From Candidatus Latescibacterota bacterium (GTDB lineage: Bacteria > Latescibacterota > UBA2968): a stretch of 64,000 bases of DNA. A model generated the notes under the pieces. The model did not search any database, was not told where the DNA came from, and was given only the letters and a program-made list of their open reading frames with translations. Each line of letters begins with the position of its first letter. Position 1 is the stretch's first letter. Below, in pieces: positions 33,601-44,374 of this stretch. Location of the stretch: contig OZ242010.1 in NCBI GenBank assembly GCA_965204745.1, positions 960,001-1,024,000 on the forward strand, in the 5' to 3' direction. The position numbers and the translations under genes were made by a program.

Positions 33601-34018
33601 CCTTCCGCCCATTTTTGTGGATCGCGCTCTTGACAGTCCGCGTTTTGTCGAGCCATTGAAGGCAACACAGATCAGGATTGGACATCTCGCCGGGTTTCTG
33701 GAGATTTACGCTCACAACGACCTTTTCGCTCCGGATACGCCCGATGAAATATGGATCAGGCATTGTGGACAAAACGGATGGATCGCATTTACAAAAGATC
33801 GGGCGATCAAATATCGGCAACTGGAAAAACAGGCCGTTCAAGCCTATAACGCACGGCTTTTTAACTTGGCAACGCGCAAGAATATGACCGCAGGGGAAAA
33901 TGCCCAGGCGTTTATCAAGGCGATTCCGCGAATTGCACAGTTCGTAAGGCGACACGATCCACCTTTTATTGCCAAGGTCTCTCGGGACAGCAAGGTCGAA
34001 ATGGCTAGCGATCTGTAA
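33530..34018 (+). CDS. VapC45-like PIN-domain toxin (start uncertain)
   Basis: IFVDRAL, FAPDTPDEIWIRHCGQNGWIAFTKDRAI. Confidence 0.82.
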   Translation: MDTRGGRLKKLSGTNRPEAERPLDLPPIFVDRALDSPRFVEPLKATQIRIGHLAGFLEIYAHNDLFAPDTPDEIWIRHCGQNGWIAFTKDRAIKYRQLEKQAVQAYNARLFNLATRKNMTAGENAQAFIKAIPRIAQFVRRHDPPFIAKVSRDSKVEMASDL

Positions 34019-34109
34019 AAGTCAGAAGGCGCGATTCCAAGGTAAAGGAACCGCGCCTATTTTTGTGTACGGTCTGCAAACAAAGCATCACCTTGTCCGA
34101 GGCTGGGAT

Positions 34110-34304
34110 TCATTTTTTTCGCCTATAAATCATCCAATAAAATCCACTAAATGCGAAAGCACCTACAATGCTACTCATTATTAAGATGAGATCATTGAGG
34201 TGCATCGGCATAAATAGCACAGTGAGGAAGATTGGACCAAAAAAACCTCCTGTGATGAAATTAAGCAACAATTGCCACCAAAAAGAAGAATGGGATTTTT
34301 TCAT
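34110..34304 (-). CDS. Small two-TM membrane protein (candidate immunity protein)
   Basis: 64 aa, two hydrophobic segments, basic termini, AT-rich. Confidence 0.55.
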   Translation of the reverse strand: MKKSHSSFWWQLLLNFITGGFFGPIFLTVLFMPMHLNDLILIMSSIVGAFAFSGFYWMIYRRKK

Positions 34305-34425
34305 TTTCCAGCTCTTTAGAAACTGATGTTACGCATTCGGTCCGCAACCACTCCGGCTCATGCACAAGCACAATGAAAAAAGTCGCTGGATTACTGCGTT
34401 GTGCTTGTGCATGGCTACTTTGGTA

Positions 34426-34788
34426 TTATCCACCATACCCTTTACCGGGATACCATCCAGCTTTTACGCCATTCTCGAAATCTGTAATAGCATCTGATGC
34501 TACATCTAAGACACTATCACAGGTATCAATTATTGCGCTACCAATTTGCTCAAATTTTCCAAAAGTGGCATATACAACAGGAGGCATCCCTCTATTGAGA
34601 GCTTGCTGAGCTGCCCTCTGGACCTTTGGAAGATTTTCTAAAACGTATTGAACCAACCGAGGATTACCACCTTGAAGTCCACTTAAATCGCTTGCGGTTA
34701 AATCTTCTTCCCGCAGGGATAAAGATACACAATTCAAAAAAAATTGTTGAGGGACTGTTGTCAGGCGATTTGCCAACATTTGAGTCAT
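34426..34788 (-). CDS. Hypothetical protein with a double-glycine-type leader
   Basis: AAGGAG RBS; EEDLTASDLSGLQGG motif. Confidence 0.6.
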   Translation of the reverse strand: MTQMLANRLTTVPQQFFLNCVSLSLREEDLTASDLSGLQGGNPRLVQYVLENLPKVQRAAQQALNRGMPPVVYATFGKFEQIGSAIIDTCDSVLDVASDAITDFENGVKAGWYPGKGYGG

Positions 34789-35129
34789 GATTCATTCTCC
34801 TTGAAAAAATTTACTCCGAATAAGTTGCAAAGTCAACTTAAAATGATGGAGTAAAAAGTCTATCCAAAACTGATTCTACCAAATCCCTATAGGTCACGAA
34901 TAGAGTTGATTACCTAGGGACTGATACGATTCGTCTCGTCATCTCTTTCACCTCCTTTCTTCAACATCTCAGCACAAGCAACATCTTTCGGGTGTCAAGT
35001 GTCAATTTAGGGCACCCTGGGCCTGTCGCTGATATGTCGAATTTTGCGAAGCGTTTAGTGGGCAGTGTCGCGTGCCCAACAGGCCGGCTTCAACTTCGTT
35101 TGAATGTCACGTCACATGTAACATATCTC

Positions 35130-35144
35130 GCAATTGCTGTGCCA
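35130..35144 (-). promoter_or_regulatory. Sigma54 (-24/-12) promoter
   Basis: TGGCAC-AGCAA-TTGC on the minus strand. Confidence 0.7.
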
Positions 35145-35400
35145 CTTTTTTAAAAAAACAAAAAAAGTGCCTTAGAATATTCTAAGGCACAATAAAACAA
35201 GGGTATACGTGAAGTGTCTGCAAATGCCTGCTGAGAGGCGACGAGAGCAGATGGATCACAATTTACAGGACAGAATGGGTCACAGGCGTGCGACCATGTG
35301 GCTTTTATCTATCAAAGCGCGTAAAATCAATAGGTTGCGAATATGTACATTTTGTTTTATCGCAATTTGAAAAATTAAAAAATAATGACTAAAAAATAAA

Positions 35401-36162
35401 TCATCGCCCCGTGCGGAGGCGGTTGATTTTGCTCGCTGCGACACCCGCGCCAAAGCCGTTGTCGATGTTGACCACGGTCACACCGGCCGCGCAACTGTTC
35501 AGCATGCCCAACAGCGCGGCCAACCCGTTGAAACTCGCCCCATAGCCCACGCTGGTCGGCACGGCGATGATCGGCACGGCGACCAGGCCCCCCACCACGC
35601 TGGGCAACGCCCCTTCCATACCAGCCACCACCACGATGACACTGGCATCCAAGAGACGGTCTCGGCAGGCCAGCAAGCGGTGGATCCCGGCGACGCCCAC
35701 GTCGTATAGGGTTTCGACCGCATTGCCCATGATCCGTGCGGTTTCCACGGCTTCTTCTGCGACTGGCAAATCGGAGGTGCCCGCGGCCACGATGAGGATT
35801 TCGCCGATGGTTTCTGCGTTGGGTATTGCGCCGGGAACGACGACTGTGCGCGCGAGGGCGTTGACGTGTGCGGCGGGATGGTGGGCAACTAGGGCCTCGC
35901 GCATGTCGGCAGTGGTGCGCGTTGCGAGCAGTGCGGTGCCGGATGAGAGGATGCGCTCGGCGATGGCGACGACCTGATCGACGGTCTTGCCTTCGCAAAA
36001 GATCACTTCGGGAAACCCCTGCCGCAGGGTGCGGTGGTGGTCGATGCGCGCAAACCCGAGTTCTTCAAACGGCAAGTGCGCGAGTTGGGCGCATGCAGCG
36101 TCTGTGTCGATTTGGCCCTGGGCCACAGCCTCTAAGAGGGCGCGGATGCGTTCGGGTGTCAC
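35401..36162 (-). CDS. larB: Nickel-pincer cofactor biosynthesis protein LarB
   Basis: [54 protein letters not shown]. Confidence 0.93.
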   Translation of the reverse strand: MTPERIRALLEAVAQGQIDTDAACAQLAHLPFEELGFARIDHHRTLRQGFPEVIFCEGKTVDQVVAIAERILSSGTALLATRTTADMREALVAHHPAAHVNALARTVVVPGAIPNAETIGEILIVAAGTSDLPVAEEAVETARIMGNAVETLYDVGVAGIHRLLACRDRLLDASVIVVVAGMEGALPSVVGGLVAVPIIAVPTSVGYGASFNGLAALLGMLNSCAAGVTVVNIDNGFGAGVAASKINRLRTGR

Positions 36163-37022
36163 GCCGTCTCCTCCTCCGGATAATTTTCTCGCGCTTCAAG
36201 TAGAACTTTGGACAGTTGGGCCGCGAATTTGACCTGGCTGTTGTCTTCGGGTTCGTAGCCGATTTTTTTGCGCGCATTGGAGATGGTCCAAAAGTTGTGC
36301 GCGTTGCCGCTGATGCCGTAAAAGATCTGAAAGGGGATGCCGTAGTCGTTTTCGATGGTTTCGGCTTCGATGCTTTTGACGATCAGTTGCACTTGGTCCC
36401 GAATGCTCAAGTACGCGCCTAGGCCGCGGTGCATGCGTTTTAGGTCGCTGGCTTTGGCGCGGTCCATGTCGGTTTCGCGCGGGCCGCCGATGCGAATTTG
36501 CACGTTTTCCAATTTTTGCCCCGCGTTCATCAAGCCGGCGGCAAAGGTGAAGCCCAACAACTCGTATTGCGCTTTTGCCCAGCCGTAAAAGTTGTCGGAG
36601 AGCGGGTACATTTCCGGGGTGACAAATTCCTGCCTGCCCGCCCAGATCGAGTTTTCGTAGTAATCCGCCGCGTGGTTGGAACTGATGATCACGGCGCGGC
36701 GGACTCCTTCCTCCACGCAAGTCTGATACACGTTGTGGGCCATGTCGATGTTCTGCATCTCTGTCCAGAACCGGTCTTCCGAGTTTTGGGCGCGGACGAA
36801 CCCGCAATGGATGATCGCGTCTTGCCCCCTGAAATGCGCTCGGTACGCTTCCCTGTCTCGGTTGGTCAAATCCGCGATGACCACGTCGGGCACTTCCTCG
36901 CCTTCTCGGTTGGTCGTTTTCACGTCTAAGATGGTCAGGTTATACCGCTCGCGAAGGGCGGGCAACATTCGCCCGGCCACGTAGCCCGAGCCGCCGGTGA
37001 TTAAGACGTTTCGTTTTGCCAT
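36159..37022 (-). CDS. NAD-dependent epimerase/dehydratase (uronate dehydrogenase-like)
   Basis: [19 protein letters not shown]. Confidence 0.85.
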   Translation of the reverse strand: MAKRNVLITGGSGYVAGRMLPALRERYNLTILDVKTTNREGEEVPDVVIADLTNRDREAYRAHFRGQDAIIHCGFVRAQNSEDRFWTEMQNIDMAHNVYQTCVEEGVRRAVIISSNHAADYYENSIWAGRQEFVTPEMYPLSDNFYGWAKAQYELLGFTFAAGLMNAGQKLENVQIRIGGPRETDMDRAKASDLKRMHRGLGAYLSIRDQVQLIVKSIEAETIENDYGIPFQIFYGISGNAHNFWTISNARKKIGYEPEDNSQVKFAAQLSKVLLEARENYPEEETA

Positions 37023-37051
37023 GGTTGCTCCTCGTAGAATTGATCACGCGG

Positions 37052-38164
37052 TTATTGTGCTGTCTTGTCGGTATCATGATGGGGCTTGAGGTGCTTTTCC
37101 AAAAATTGTGCGGACATTTCAAAGAGCGAGGCCGCGCTGTCTCGCGTGGCGTTGCGAAAGCTGTGATCGGCATTGACGACTTTGTAAAGCGTGACATCTA
37201 GCCCCGCTTTTTTCATTGCTGCATAGAGGAGTTCGCTTTGGTTATAGGGCACGGACAGGTCTTTCTCCCCGTGCATGATGAGCATGGGCGGGTCGTTTTT
37301 GCTGACGTACGCGATGGGATTGGCCGCGGCGACTTTCTCTTTGTGTTCCTGAATGGGGCCACCGATCAAGCGGGATTCAGGGGAATCGGCTGAGTCGTGG
37401 TCGATGCGGCCCTCAAAGTCATTCATACGCAAAAAATCCGTAGGCCCAAACCAGTTGCAGACCGCCTGCACGCGGCTCGAATACTGGCTGTGGTCGGGGG
37501 TTTCAAACGCCATTTCGTCGTGCGTCAACCCCATCAGGGCGACGAGATGACCGCCGGCAGATGACCCCCACGCGCCGATGCGGTCCGGATCGAGGTTGTA
37601 TTTTTTTGCATTTGCCCTGACCCAGCGCACGGCTGTTTTGCAATCTTCAATTTGTGCGGGAAACAGGGCTTCGCCGCTGAGGCGGTATTCCACGGCGACG
37701 ACTGCAAATCCGCGCGTGGTCATGTTGCGTGCGCGACCACCATTGCCCTTAGACCCGCCGCGCCAACCGCCGCCGTGAACCCAGATAACCACGGGCACAG
37801 GGGATGAGGTATCGGGCGGCAGGTAGAGGTCGAGGGGCAATTCTCTGTCCCCGACCTGCCCGTAGATCAGGTCTCGATAGACAGTGACGCCTTCTGGGAT
37901 GTTCACGGTGTTCCTCCGTCTGTTGTTGCGAAAATGCACGTCTTCTTCAAGTGTGACAAAGCCATCTTTGTCCGCGTCGATCTGATCGAACAGACGGCGT
38001 TGTCGTTCGGGAAATTCCTCCCGCGACAATTTGCCGTCTTTATTTTTGTCATTGCGCAAAAAAAAACGCTCAGCCGCGCGTTGGGTGCGGTTTTCCGATT
38101 GCGTTTGAGCGATAGTCGGGCTGGTGATCAGCAGGGCGAGAGCGAGGATTGTGCAAGGTCTCAT
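37052..38164 (-). CDS. Exported alpha/beta hydrolase with N-terminal EF-hands
   Basis: Signal peptide; [35 protein letters not shown]. Confidence 0.9.
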   Translation of the reverse strand: MRPCTILALALLITSPTIAQTQSENRTQRAAERFFLRNDKNKDGKLSREEFPERQRRLFDQIDADKDGFVTLEEDVHFRNNRRRNTVNIPEGVTVYRDLIYGQVGDRELPLDLYLPPDTSSPVPVVIWVHGGGWRGGSKGNGGRARNMTTRGFAVVAVEYRLSGEALFPAQIEDCKTAVRWVRANAKKYNLDPDRIGAWGSSAGGHLVALMGLTHDEMAFETPDHSQYSSRVQAVCNWFGPTDFLRMNDFEGRIDHDSADSPESRLIGGPIQEHKEKVAAANPIAYVSKNDPPMLIMHGEKDLSVPYNQSELLYAAMKKAGLDVTLYKVVNADHSFRNATRDSAASLFEMSAQFLEKHLKPHHDTDKTAQ

Positions 38165-38246
38165 GGTAGGGTCTCCTGGGCGAAGTTGCGGAACGGGGTA
38201 CAAGGAACTGACTAGGTTCTGTTGACATTTCATTTTTTTGACATTA

Positions 38247-38580
38247 CGCACAGATTAGCAAATGTGTTGCTTGCTCATTTAATGCGTTTGGTCCTACAGC
38301 TTCGTTGGTTGCCTCCGATGCCTTCGGCGACCTACTTTTTTTTTACAGCAAAAAAAAGTAGGCAAAAAATGCCGCTCTCAAACGCCGAGAGGCTTGCACA
38401 GCGCAAATCGCTTTTGTAACAGAACGATATGCGTCAGCCTGCAAAGTGGGTTGCATAATGGATGTTGGTTGCGAGACGGACTTGCGCGCTGTGCGTGATG
38501 GCTTTAGCTGATGGTTTTTTGCAAGGGCACTTGTTTGATGCCTTCTTTGAACTGCGGAACGTCAAGGCTTGATTTTCTCG
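38247..38580 (-). repeat. 334-bp non-coding dispersed element, copy 1
   Basis: Reverse complement aligns along its length with 61582-61915. Confidence 0.9.
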
Positions 38581-38795
38581 ATAAACCGCTCAAGCCGGTG
38601 CATGGCTCGTAAATGTCAACACGACCTACTGACTTGCCAATATACGCAAGCGAAGCGTTTGTCGAAAGCGATTTGACGAGCGATTGTTTTTTATCGCATG
38701 TCGCGTTGCATCTTGATATATTGGGCTTTGATGGCGCGTCACATTTACCCTTTTGTGCTTTTTGTGGCGCATGCAAAAAATGAAAGGAGACGGTT

Positions 38796-39827
38796 ATGTT
38801 GAGAATTGCGATTGTCACGCCACCGCAGGCCGGGCAGCGGTGGACCCTGATGCGGCAATGCGGTGTCGAATGCGCGGTGGGCGGCATCAATTTGCGACCC
38901 AAGCCTGGTGCCGAGCCAGAGGAACAGCCGTGGGCCTATACGTCATTGGCAAAGGCAAAGGCCGAATACGAGGCGGGGGGCATTCCCCTCGAGGTCATTG
39001 AATCGCGCCCGCCGATGGAGAAGATCAAGATGGGCTTGCCGGGCAGGGACGAGGAAATTGAGGTCGTCTGCGAGTTGTTGCGGAACATGGGCAAGTTGGG
39101 GATTCCGGTTTGGTGCTATGCGTGGATGCCGATTTTGGGGGTGATTCGCACGTCGCGGTCCATCTCGTCGCGCGGCGGGGCGCATGTCAGCGGGTTTGAT
39201 CTCGACGCCCTGGATGCACAAGGGGATCCGACCGCACGTCCGATCCACAATATCGACGGGGTGCCGCTCGATGAGCAAGAGATAGACATGGGGTGCGTCA
39301 CAGAAGAACAGCAGTGGGACAATCTGAAGTATTTTTTGGAGCGCGTGGTGCCGGTGGCCGAAGAGGCCAATGTCAAGCTGGCCCTGCATCCGGATGACCC
39401 GCCGCTTTCGCCCATCCGCGGGATTGCGCGCATTATGAGCAACGTTGAAAATTACCAGAAACTCGTCGATCTCGTGCCGAGTCCGATGAATGGCATTGGG
39501 CTTTGTCAGGGCAATTTCACGCTGATGACCGATGATTTGCCCGGGGTGATTCGACATTTTGGCGAACAAAAGAAGATCCATTTTTTGCACATCCGAGACG
39601 TTGTGGGCAATCCCGAGAAATTTGAAGAGACATTCCACGACGACGGCAAGACCGACTTGGTCGAATGTTTGCGCGCCTATCGGGACATCGGGTTCGACGG
39701 CGTGTGCCGCCCGGACCACTACCCGAAGATGGGCGATGATCGCTATGGCGATGAACACGGCATCGCACGGCTCTTTGCCGTGGGATACTTGAAAGGCCTG
39801 CGAGAAGCGGTCTATGCCGAAGTTTGA
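38796..39827 (+). CDS. uxuA: Mannonate dehydratase family protein
   Basis: VVPVAEEANVKLALHPDDPP, HFLHIRDV, RPDH. Confidence 0.85.
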   Translation: MLRIAIVTPPQAGQRWTLMRQCGVECAVGGINLRPKPGAEPEEQPWAYTSLAKAKAEYEAGGIPLEVIESRPPMEKIKMGLPGRDEEIEVVCELLRNMGKLGIPVWCYAWMPILGVIRTSRSISSRGGAHVSGFDLDALDAQGDPTARPIHNIDGVPLDEQEIDMGCVTEEQQWDNLKYFLERVVPVAEEANVKLALHPDDPPLSPIRGIARIMSNVENYQKLVDLVPSPMNGIGLCQGNFTLMTDDLPGVIRHFGEQKKIHFLHIRDVVGNPEKFEETFHDDGKTDLVECLRAYRDIGFDGVCRPDHYPKMGDDRYGDEHGIARLFAVGYLKGLREAVYAEV

Positions 39828-40064
39828 CAGCTCGGTGAATCACTCGCTTCGAGCAACAGTTCTATGTGTACCGGCTATATTATGGTAACGGTGCATCTAG
39901 GCGATAGATGGATGCTACGAAAACCAAAAAAGAGCGGGCGTGAATGCTCGCTCTTTTGCGTTTCTATAGGCCAGTTCATCTGCGAAGGTGCGTCGGTTGA
40001 TAGACGGGGACTGACCACTTGGTGGCCGGGTCGGGCGGTAAGCTACGCCTGTGCGTCCATTCAT

Positions 40065-41228
40065 CTATTCGTCCCAGAGGCCAGCGGCCCTTTTTAGGGC
40101 GTTGGCCTTGTCGGTTTGTTCCCATGTAAATTCGGCGCGTCCGAAGTGACCGTACGCGGCGGTGGAACGGTAGATGGGGTTGGTCAAGTTGAGGGCCGCG
40201 ATAATGCCAGAGGGCGTCAGGTCGAAATGATCGTCGATGAGGGTAGCGATTTTTGATTCTGCGACTTTGCCCGTGCCAATCGTGTCGATGGCGACCGAGA
40301 CGGGTTTTGCCACCCCAATCGCGTACGCCAGTTGCACTTCGCACCGAGACGCGAGGCCCGCTTGGACGACATTTTTGGCGACCCAACGCGCGGCGTAGTG
40401 CGCGCTGCGATCCACTTTGCTCGGGTCTTTGCCGGAAAACGCGCCCCCGCCATGACGCCCCATGCCCCCGTACGTATCCACGATGATTTTGCGCCCGGTC
40501 AACCCGCAATCGCCGTGCGGCCCGCCCACCACAAATTTGCCGGTCGGGTTGACGTGATAGATCGTCTCCTCGTCCAAGAGATGCGCGGGCACCACCTCGC
40601 GGATCACTTTGCTTTTGATGTCGCGCACAATCTGATCGTGGGCGATGTTTTCATCGTGTTGCGTGGAGACGACGACTGTGTGGACGCGGCGCGGTTCGTC
40701 TCCGTCGTATGCCACGGTCACTTGTGCTTTGGCGTCTGGGCGCAAGTACGACAGGCCGTTGTCCTTGCGGATTTGCGCGAGTTCGCGCACCAAGTTGTGC
40801 GACAGGGCAATGGGCAGCGGCATCAGTTCTGGGGTTTCCCGGCACGCATAGCCAAACATCATCCCCTGATCGCCCGCGCCTTGCTCCGCGTGCAAGCCCT
40901 CGCCCGCGGTCACGCCTTGGGAAATATCGGGCGATTGCTGGTCCAATCGCACCATCACCTCGCAGCTTTTGTAATCGAAGCCATAGCTCGCATCTGTATA
41001 TCCAATGTCTTTGATCACGCCGCGCACCAGCGATTCAAAATCCACGACCGCGGCGCTGGTCACTTCGCCCGCGACCACCACGAGCCCGGTCGTCACCAGC
41101 GTTTCGCAGGCCACTCTGGAGTTGGGGTCTTGCGACAACATGGCGTCGAGCACGGCATCCGAAATTTGATCGGCCACCTTGTCCGGATGCCCTTCAGAAA
41201 CCGATTCAGACGTGAACAAACGGCTCAT
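40065..41228 (-). CDS. metK: S-adenosylmethionine synthetase
   Basis: [35 protein letters not shown]. Confidence 0.99.
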   Translation of the reverse strand: MSRLFTSESVSEGHPDKVADQISDAVLDAMLSQDPNSRVACETLVTTGLVVVAGEVTSAAVVDFESLVRGVIKDIGYTDASYGFDYKSCEVMVRLDQQSPDISQGVTAGEGLHAEQGAGDQGMMFGYACRETPELMPLPIALSHNLVRELAQIRKDNGLSYLRPDAKAQVTVAYDGDEPRRVHTVVVSTQHDENIAHDQIVRDIKSKVIREVVPAHLLDEETIYHVNPTGKFVVGGPHGDCGLTGRKIIVDTYGGMGRHGGGAFSGKDPSKVDRSAHYAARWVAKNVVQAGLASRCEVQLAYAIGVAKPVSVAIDTIGTGKVAESKIATLIDDHFDLTPSGIIAALNLTNPIYRSTAAYGHFGRAEFTWEQTDKANALKRAAGLWDE

Positions 41229-41359
41229 AAAAACGACTCCTGTCAAAAAATCAGCGCGATGGGGTACAACTGCGATAGTTGTTCATCTATACATCGTCGA
41301 TCTTTGGGCGGGCACGATACTGGCTTCGATACGTTGTAGGTTACGCCTGTGTTGCGTTC

Positions 41360-43117
41360 TTATGCACTAACTTCTTCCCCATCTTCCTTGGAAAATGCGT
41401 GGGTGATGCGTGCGCGAATTTCTGCGATTACATGCATGGTGAGCACGTCTTCGGCGAGAGATTGGAGTTGGTCAAAGGACGCGGCGCGGATGGCGCGTTT
41501 GACCTCGGGCAAGGCCGAGGGCGTCATGGAGAGTTTATCTATTCCCATGCCCATCAGCAACAGGCCGGAATGCGGGTTGCCCGCCATCTCGCCGCACACG
41601 GTCACGGGGATTTGTTGCGCGTGCGCCGCGTCGATCACGCGCTTGATCAAGCGCAAGACCGCAGGGTGAAATGGCTCGAACAAATAGGCCACGAGATCAT
41701 TGCCGCGATCAACCGCGAGCGTGTACTGGATCAGGTCATTGGTGCCAATGCTAAAAAAATCGACCTCTCGCGCCAATTCATCGGCCACTAGCGCGGCGGA
41801 AGGGACTTCGATCATGACGCCGATGGGACAGCGGTCGTCGAAGGGCACGCCATCTCGCGTCAATTCATCGCGCACCTCGGCGAGCACGGACAGGGCCTCG
41901 CGCAATTCATCGACCCCAGAGATGAGCGGGAGCATGATCTTCACATTGCCGACGACACTCGCTTTGAGGATGGCGCGCAACTGGGTTTTGAACAGATCGC
42001 GGTGCCCCAAGGTCAAGCGGATGGATCGGAGGCCCAAAAAGGGATTCATTTCCGGTTGCGTGTTGAGCACATGCGACATTTTATCGCCGCCCAGATCCAG
42101 GGTGCGAATCACGAGCGGTTGCGGCGCGATGCGCTCGGCCATTTGCGAATACGCGGCGGTTTGTGCCGCTTCATCCGGCAAGCTGTTTTGCGCGAGATAG
42201 AGGTATTCCGTGCGGTACAAGCCCACGCCCTCTGCGCCGTAGGTCAATGCGGAAGACACTTCATTGGACAATTCCACGTTGGCCTGCAATGCGATGCGAA
42301 CCCCATCCGTCGTCTCGGCGGGCAGGTCCCGGGAATCCGCGAGGCCGGCCTTGCGCGCCCTGAGTGCTTCGGACAAGCGGCGATACTGGGCGAGGGTTTT
42401 TTTGTCGGGATTGAGAATAAAACGCCCGCGCCGACCATCTACGATAGCCAGATCGCCCATGCGCGCTTCTGCCAACGCATCGACCACGCTGACCACCGCG
42501 GGGATTTCCAGGCCACGCGCCAAAATGATCGCGTGCGACGTGGGGCCGCCGACTTCTGTGACCAGGCCCGAGACCGTATCGGGTTGCAGATGTGCCATAT
42601 CGTCGGGCATCAAATCGCGTGCCACCACGATTGCCTTGTGGGGCAGGCGGTCTAACCCGGCTTTTTCCCAGTTGCACAATTTCGCCAAAACCCGCTTTTC
42701 AATGCCCAACAAATCCGCGCCGCGCTCGCGCAAATAATCGTCTTGAATCGCTTCAAATTGGCGGCGCAAATTTTGGAAGGTCGTCCAAAAGGCGTATTCG
42801 GCATTGTACGCCTCGTCCCGAATGCGCGCAATGGTGGGGTCGAGGAGGGCCGCGTCTTGCAAAATGAGCAGGTGCGCGTCGAAAATCTGCGCGTGTTCCT
42901 TGCCGAGCATGTCCTCGACATGCGCCCGCGTGGCCGCAAAATCCTCGGCAACCGCCGCTATCGCGTCTCGCAATCTGGCTTCTTCTGCGGGAATATCGGG
43001 GGGATGCACCCGGCGTTGATCCACGAGAAATTCCTCGGGATCGTAGCGGTACACCGGCCCAATCGCAATGCCGGGAGAAGCCTGGATGCCCGTAAAATGT
43101 TTCATTCGTTCAGTCAA
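41360..43117 (-). CDS. ptsI: PTS enzyme I
   Basis: GGPTSHAIILAR, GLYRTE, NPFLGLR, SIGTNDLIQY. Confidence 0.97.
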   Translation of the reverse strand: MTERMKHFTGIQASPGIAIGPVYRYDPEEFLVDQRRVHPPDIPAEEARLRDAIAAVAEDFAATRAHVEDMLGKEHAQIFDAHLLILQDAALLDPTIARIRDEAYNAEYAFWTTFQNLRRQFEAIQDDYLRERGADLLGIEKRVLAKLCNWEKAGLDRLPHKAIVVARDLMPDDMAHLQPDTVSGLVTEVGGPTSHAIILARGLEIPAVVSVVDALAEARMGDLAIVDGRRGRFILNPDKKTLAQYRRLSEALRARKAGLADSRDLPAETTDGVRIALQANVELSNEVSSALTYGAEGVGLYRTEYLYLAQNSLPDEAAQTAAYSQMAERIAPQPLVIRTLDLGGDKMSHVLNTQPEMNPFLGLRSIRLTLGHRDLFKTQLRAILKASVVGNVKIMLPLISGVDELREALSVLAEVRDELTRDGVPFDDRCPIGVMIEVPSAALVADELAREVDFFSIGTNDLIQYTLAVDRGNDLVAYLFEPFHPAVLRLIKRVIDAAHAQQIPVTVCGEMAGNPHSGLLLMGMGIDKLSMTPSALPEVKRAIRAASFDQLQSLAEDVLTMHVIAEIRARITHAFSKEDGEEVSA

Positions 43118-43370
43118 ATTCCGACTCGATCATTTTGGCGAGGTGATCCACGGCGGCGGGGGCGTCTTCGCCTTCGGCTCGCACGGTGATCACAGAACCC
43201 GCTTCTGCTGCCAACATCATCACGCCCATGATGCTCTTGCCGTTGATTGCGAGGCCATCTTTTTCCAAGGTGATTTCGGCAGTGAATTTGGCCGCCGCCT
43301 GCACCAGCAATGCCGCAGGTCGGGCGTGAATGCCCAGTTCGTTTTTAACGCTTGCCCGTTGTTCTGGCAT
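43110..43370 (-). CDS. ptsH: Phosphocarrier HPr
   Basis: GIHARPA, NGKSIMGVMML. Confidence 0.96.
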   Translation of the reverse strand: MPEQRASVKNELGIHARPAALLVQAAAKFTAEITLEKDGLAINGKSIMGVMMLAAEAGSVITVRAEGEDAPAAVDHLAKMIESEFD

Positions 43371-43409
43371 GAAATACGTCACCTTCCGCTCATTGGGGTC
43401 AGTTTGTTT

Positions 43410-44300
43410 TTACTCATCGGCGATTAGGTTCAAGACCTGCTCTTCGCCTTGGATATGGCCTGCGCCGCCGATTTTGGTACACGTTAGGGCCGCGCTCGCG
43501 CTGGCGAATTGCACGCTGCGCGTGAGGGTCCAGCCCTGCAAATACCCGTAGATGAGGCCCGCGCGAAACGCATCGCCCGCGCCGGTGGTCTCGCGTGCAG
43601 AGACTTGGTACGCCCGTTGTTCAAAGCTGTTGCCGTTTTCCTGAAAAACCTGACTGCCCAATTTTCCCCTGGTGATCACCACGGTTTCCACGCCTGCTTT
43701 CAACAGCCCGACCGCCACATCTGCGGGCGTGCCCATCCTGTGGCGGCGCATGTACCCGGCCGAATTGATCACCACGTCGCAGAATTTTGCGAGTTGGTGA
43801 TCGGGCGCCAGCTCGATGGCAAATACCGTCACATTGCATGCCCGCGCGGTCCGTGCGGCGCGGATCGCATTTTCGCCCAAAAAGGGATCGACCGATAGCA
43901 GGGCGACGCCTTCGAGATCTGCTTCGGTCAATGGGCGGCTACGCACGTCCAAAGCATGCCCGCAAATCGTCCGACCGCCATTGACGTCTGACAGGATGAC
44001 GGTGTGCCCGGTGCGAACGCTTGGCTCGATATCCAACTTGCGGATATCCACATTGGATTGACGCATGGCGCGCAGGAAAAACGCGCCCCTGCGGTCCTCG
44101 CCAATCGCGCACCCCATCAACCGCACGTCAACGCCCAATCCGCCCAGGGTCACCGCTGTGTTGGTCGCTTCGCCGCCGACGAACTCCTCGTCTCGCAACG
44201 CACGCGTGTGCCCATTGCGCTCGGGAAACCACGACACTTGAACAATTTGATCGATACCCAAAATACCGTAACACAAAACTGCGCCAGATGAAATCGCCAT
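43410..44300 (-). CDS. PfkB-family carbohydrate kinase
   Basis: GGEATNTA, ETTGAGDAFRAG. Confidence 0.9.
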   Translation of the reverse strand: MAISSGAVLCYGILGIDQIVQVSWFPERNGHTRALRDEEFVGGEATNTAVTLGGLGVDVRLMGCAIGEDRRGAFFLRAMRQSNVDIRKLDIEPSVRTGHTVILSDVNGGRTICGHALDVRSRPLTEADLEGVALLSVDPFLGENAIRAARTARACNVTVFAIELAPDHQLAKFCDVVINSAGYMRRHRMGTPADVAVGLLKAGVETVVITRGKLGSQVFQENGNSFEQRAYQVSARETTGAGDAFRAGLIYGYLQGWTLTRSVQFASASAALTCTKIGGAGHIQGEEQVLNLIADE

Positions 44301-44374
44301 AACAGTACTCTCGCATAAAAAAACCGTCGGCAAAGACGGTGAGACCATACCCTAATGAAAAAATAAAAATGAAC

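Noticed and set aside
34328-34420. Integron attC site
   Set aside because: The hairpin lacks properly placed RYYYAAC/GTTRRRY boxes, and no integrase is present
41229-41359. SAM riboswitch upstream of metK
   Set aside because: No recognisable SAM-I or SAM-II core motifs
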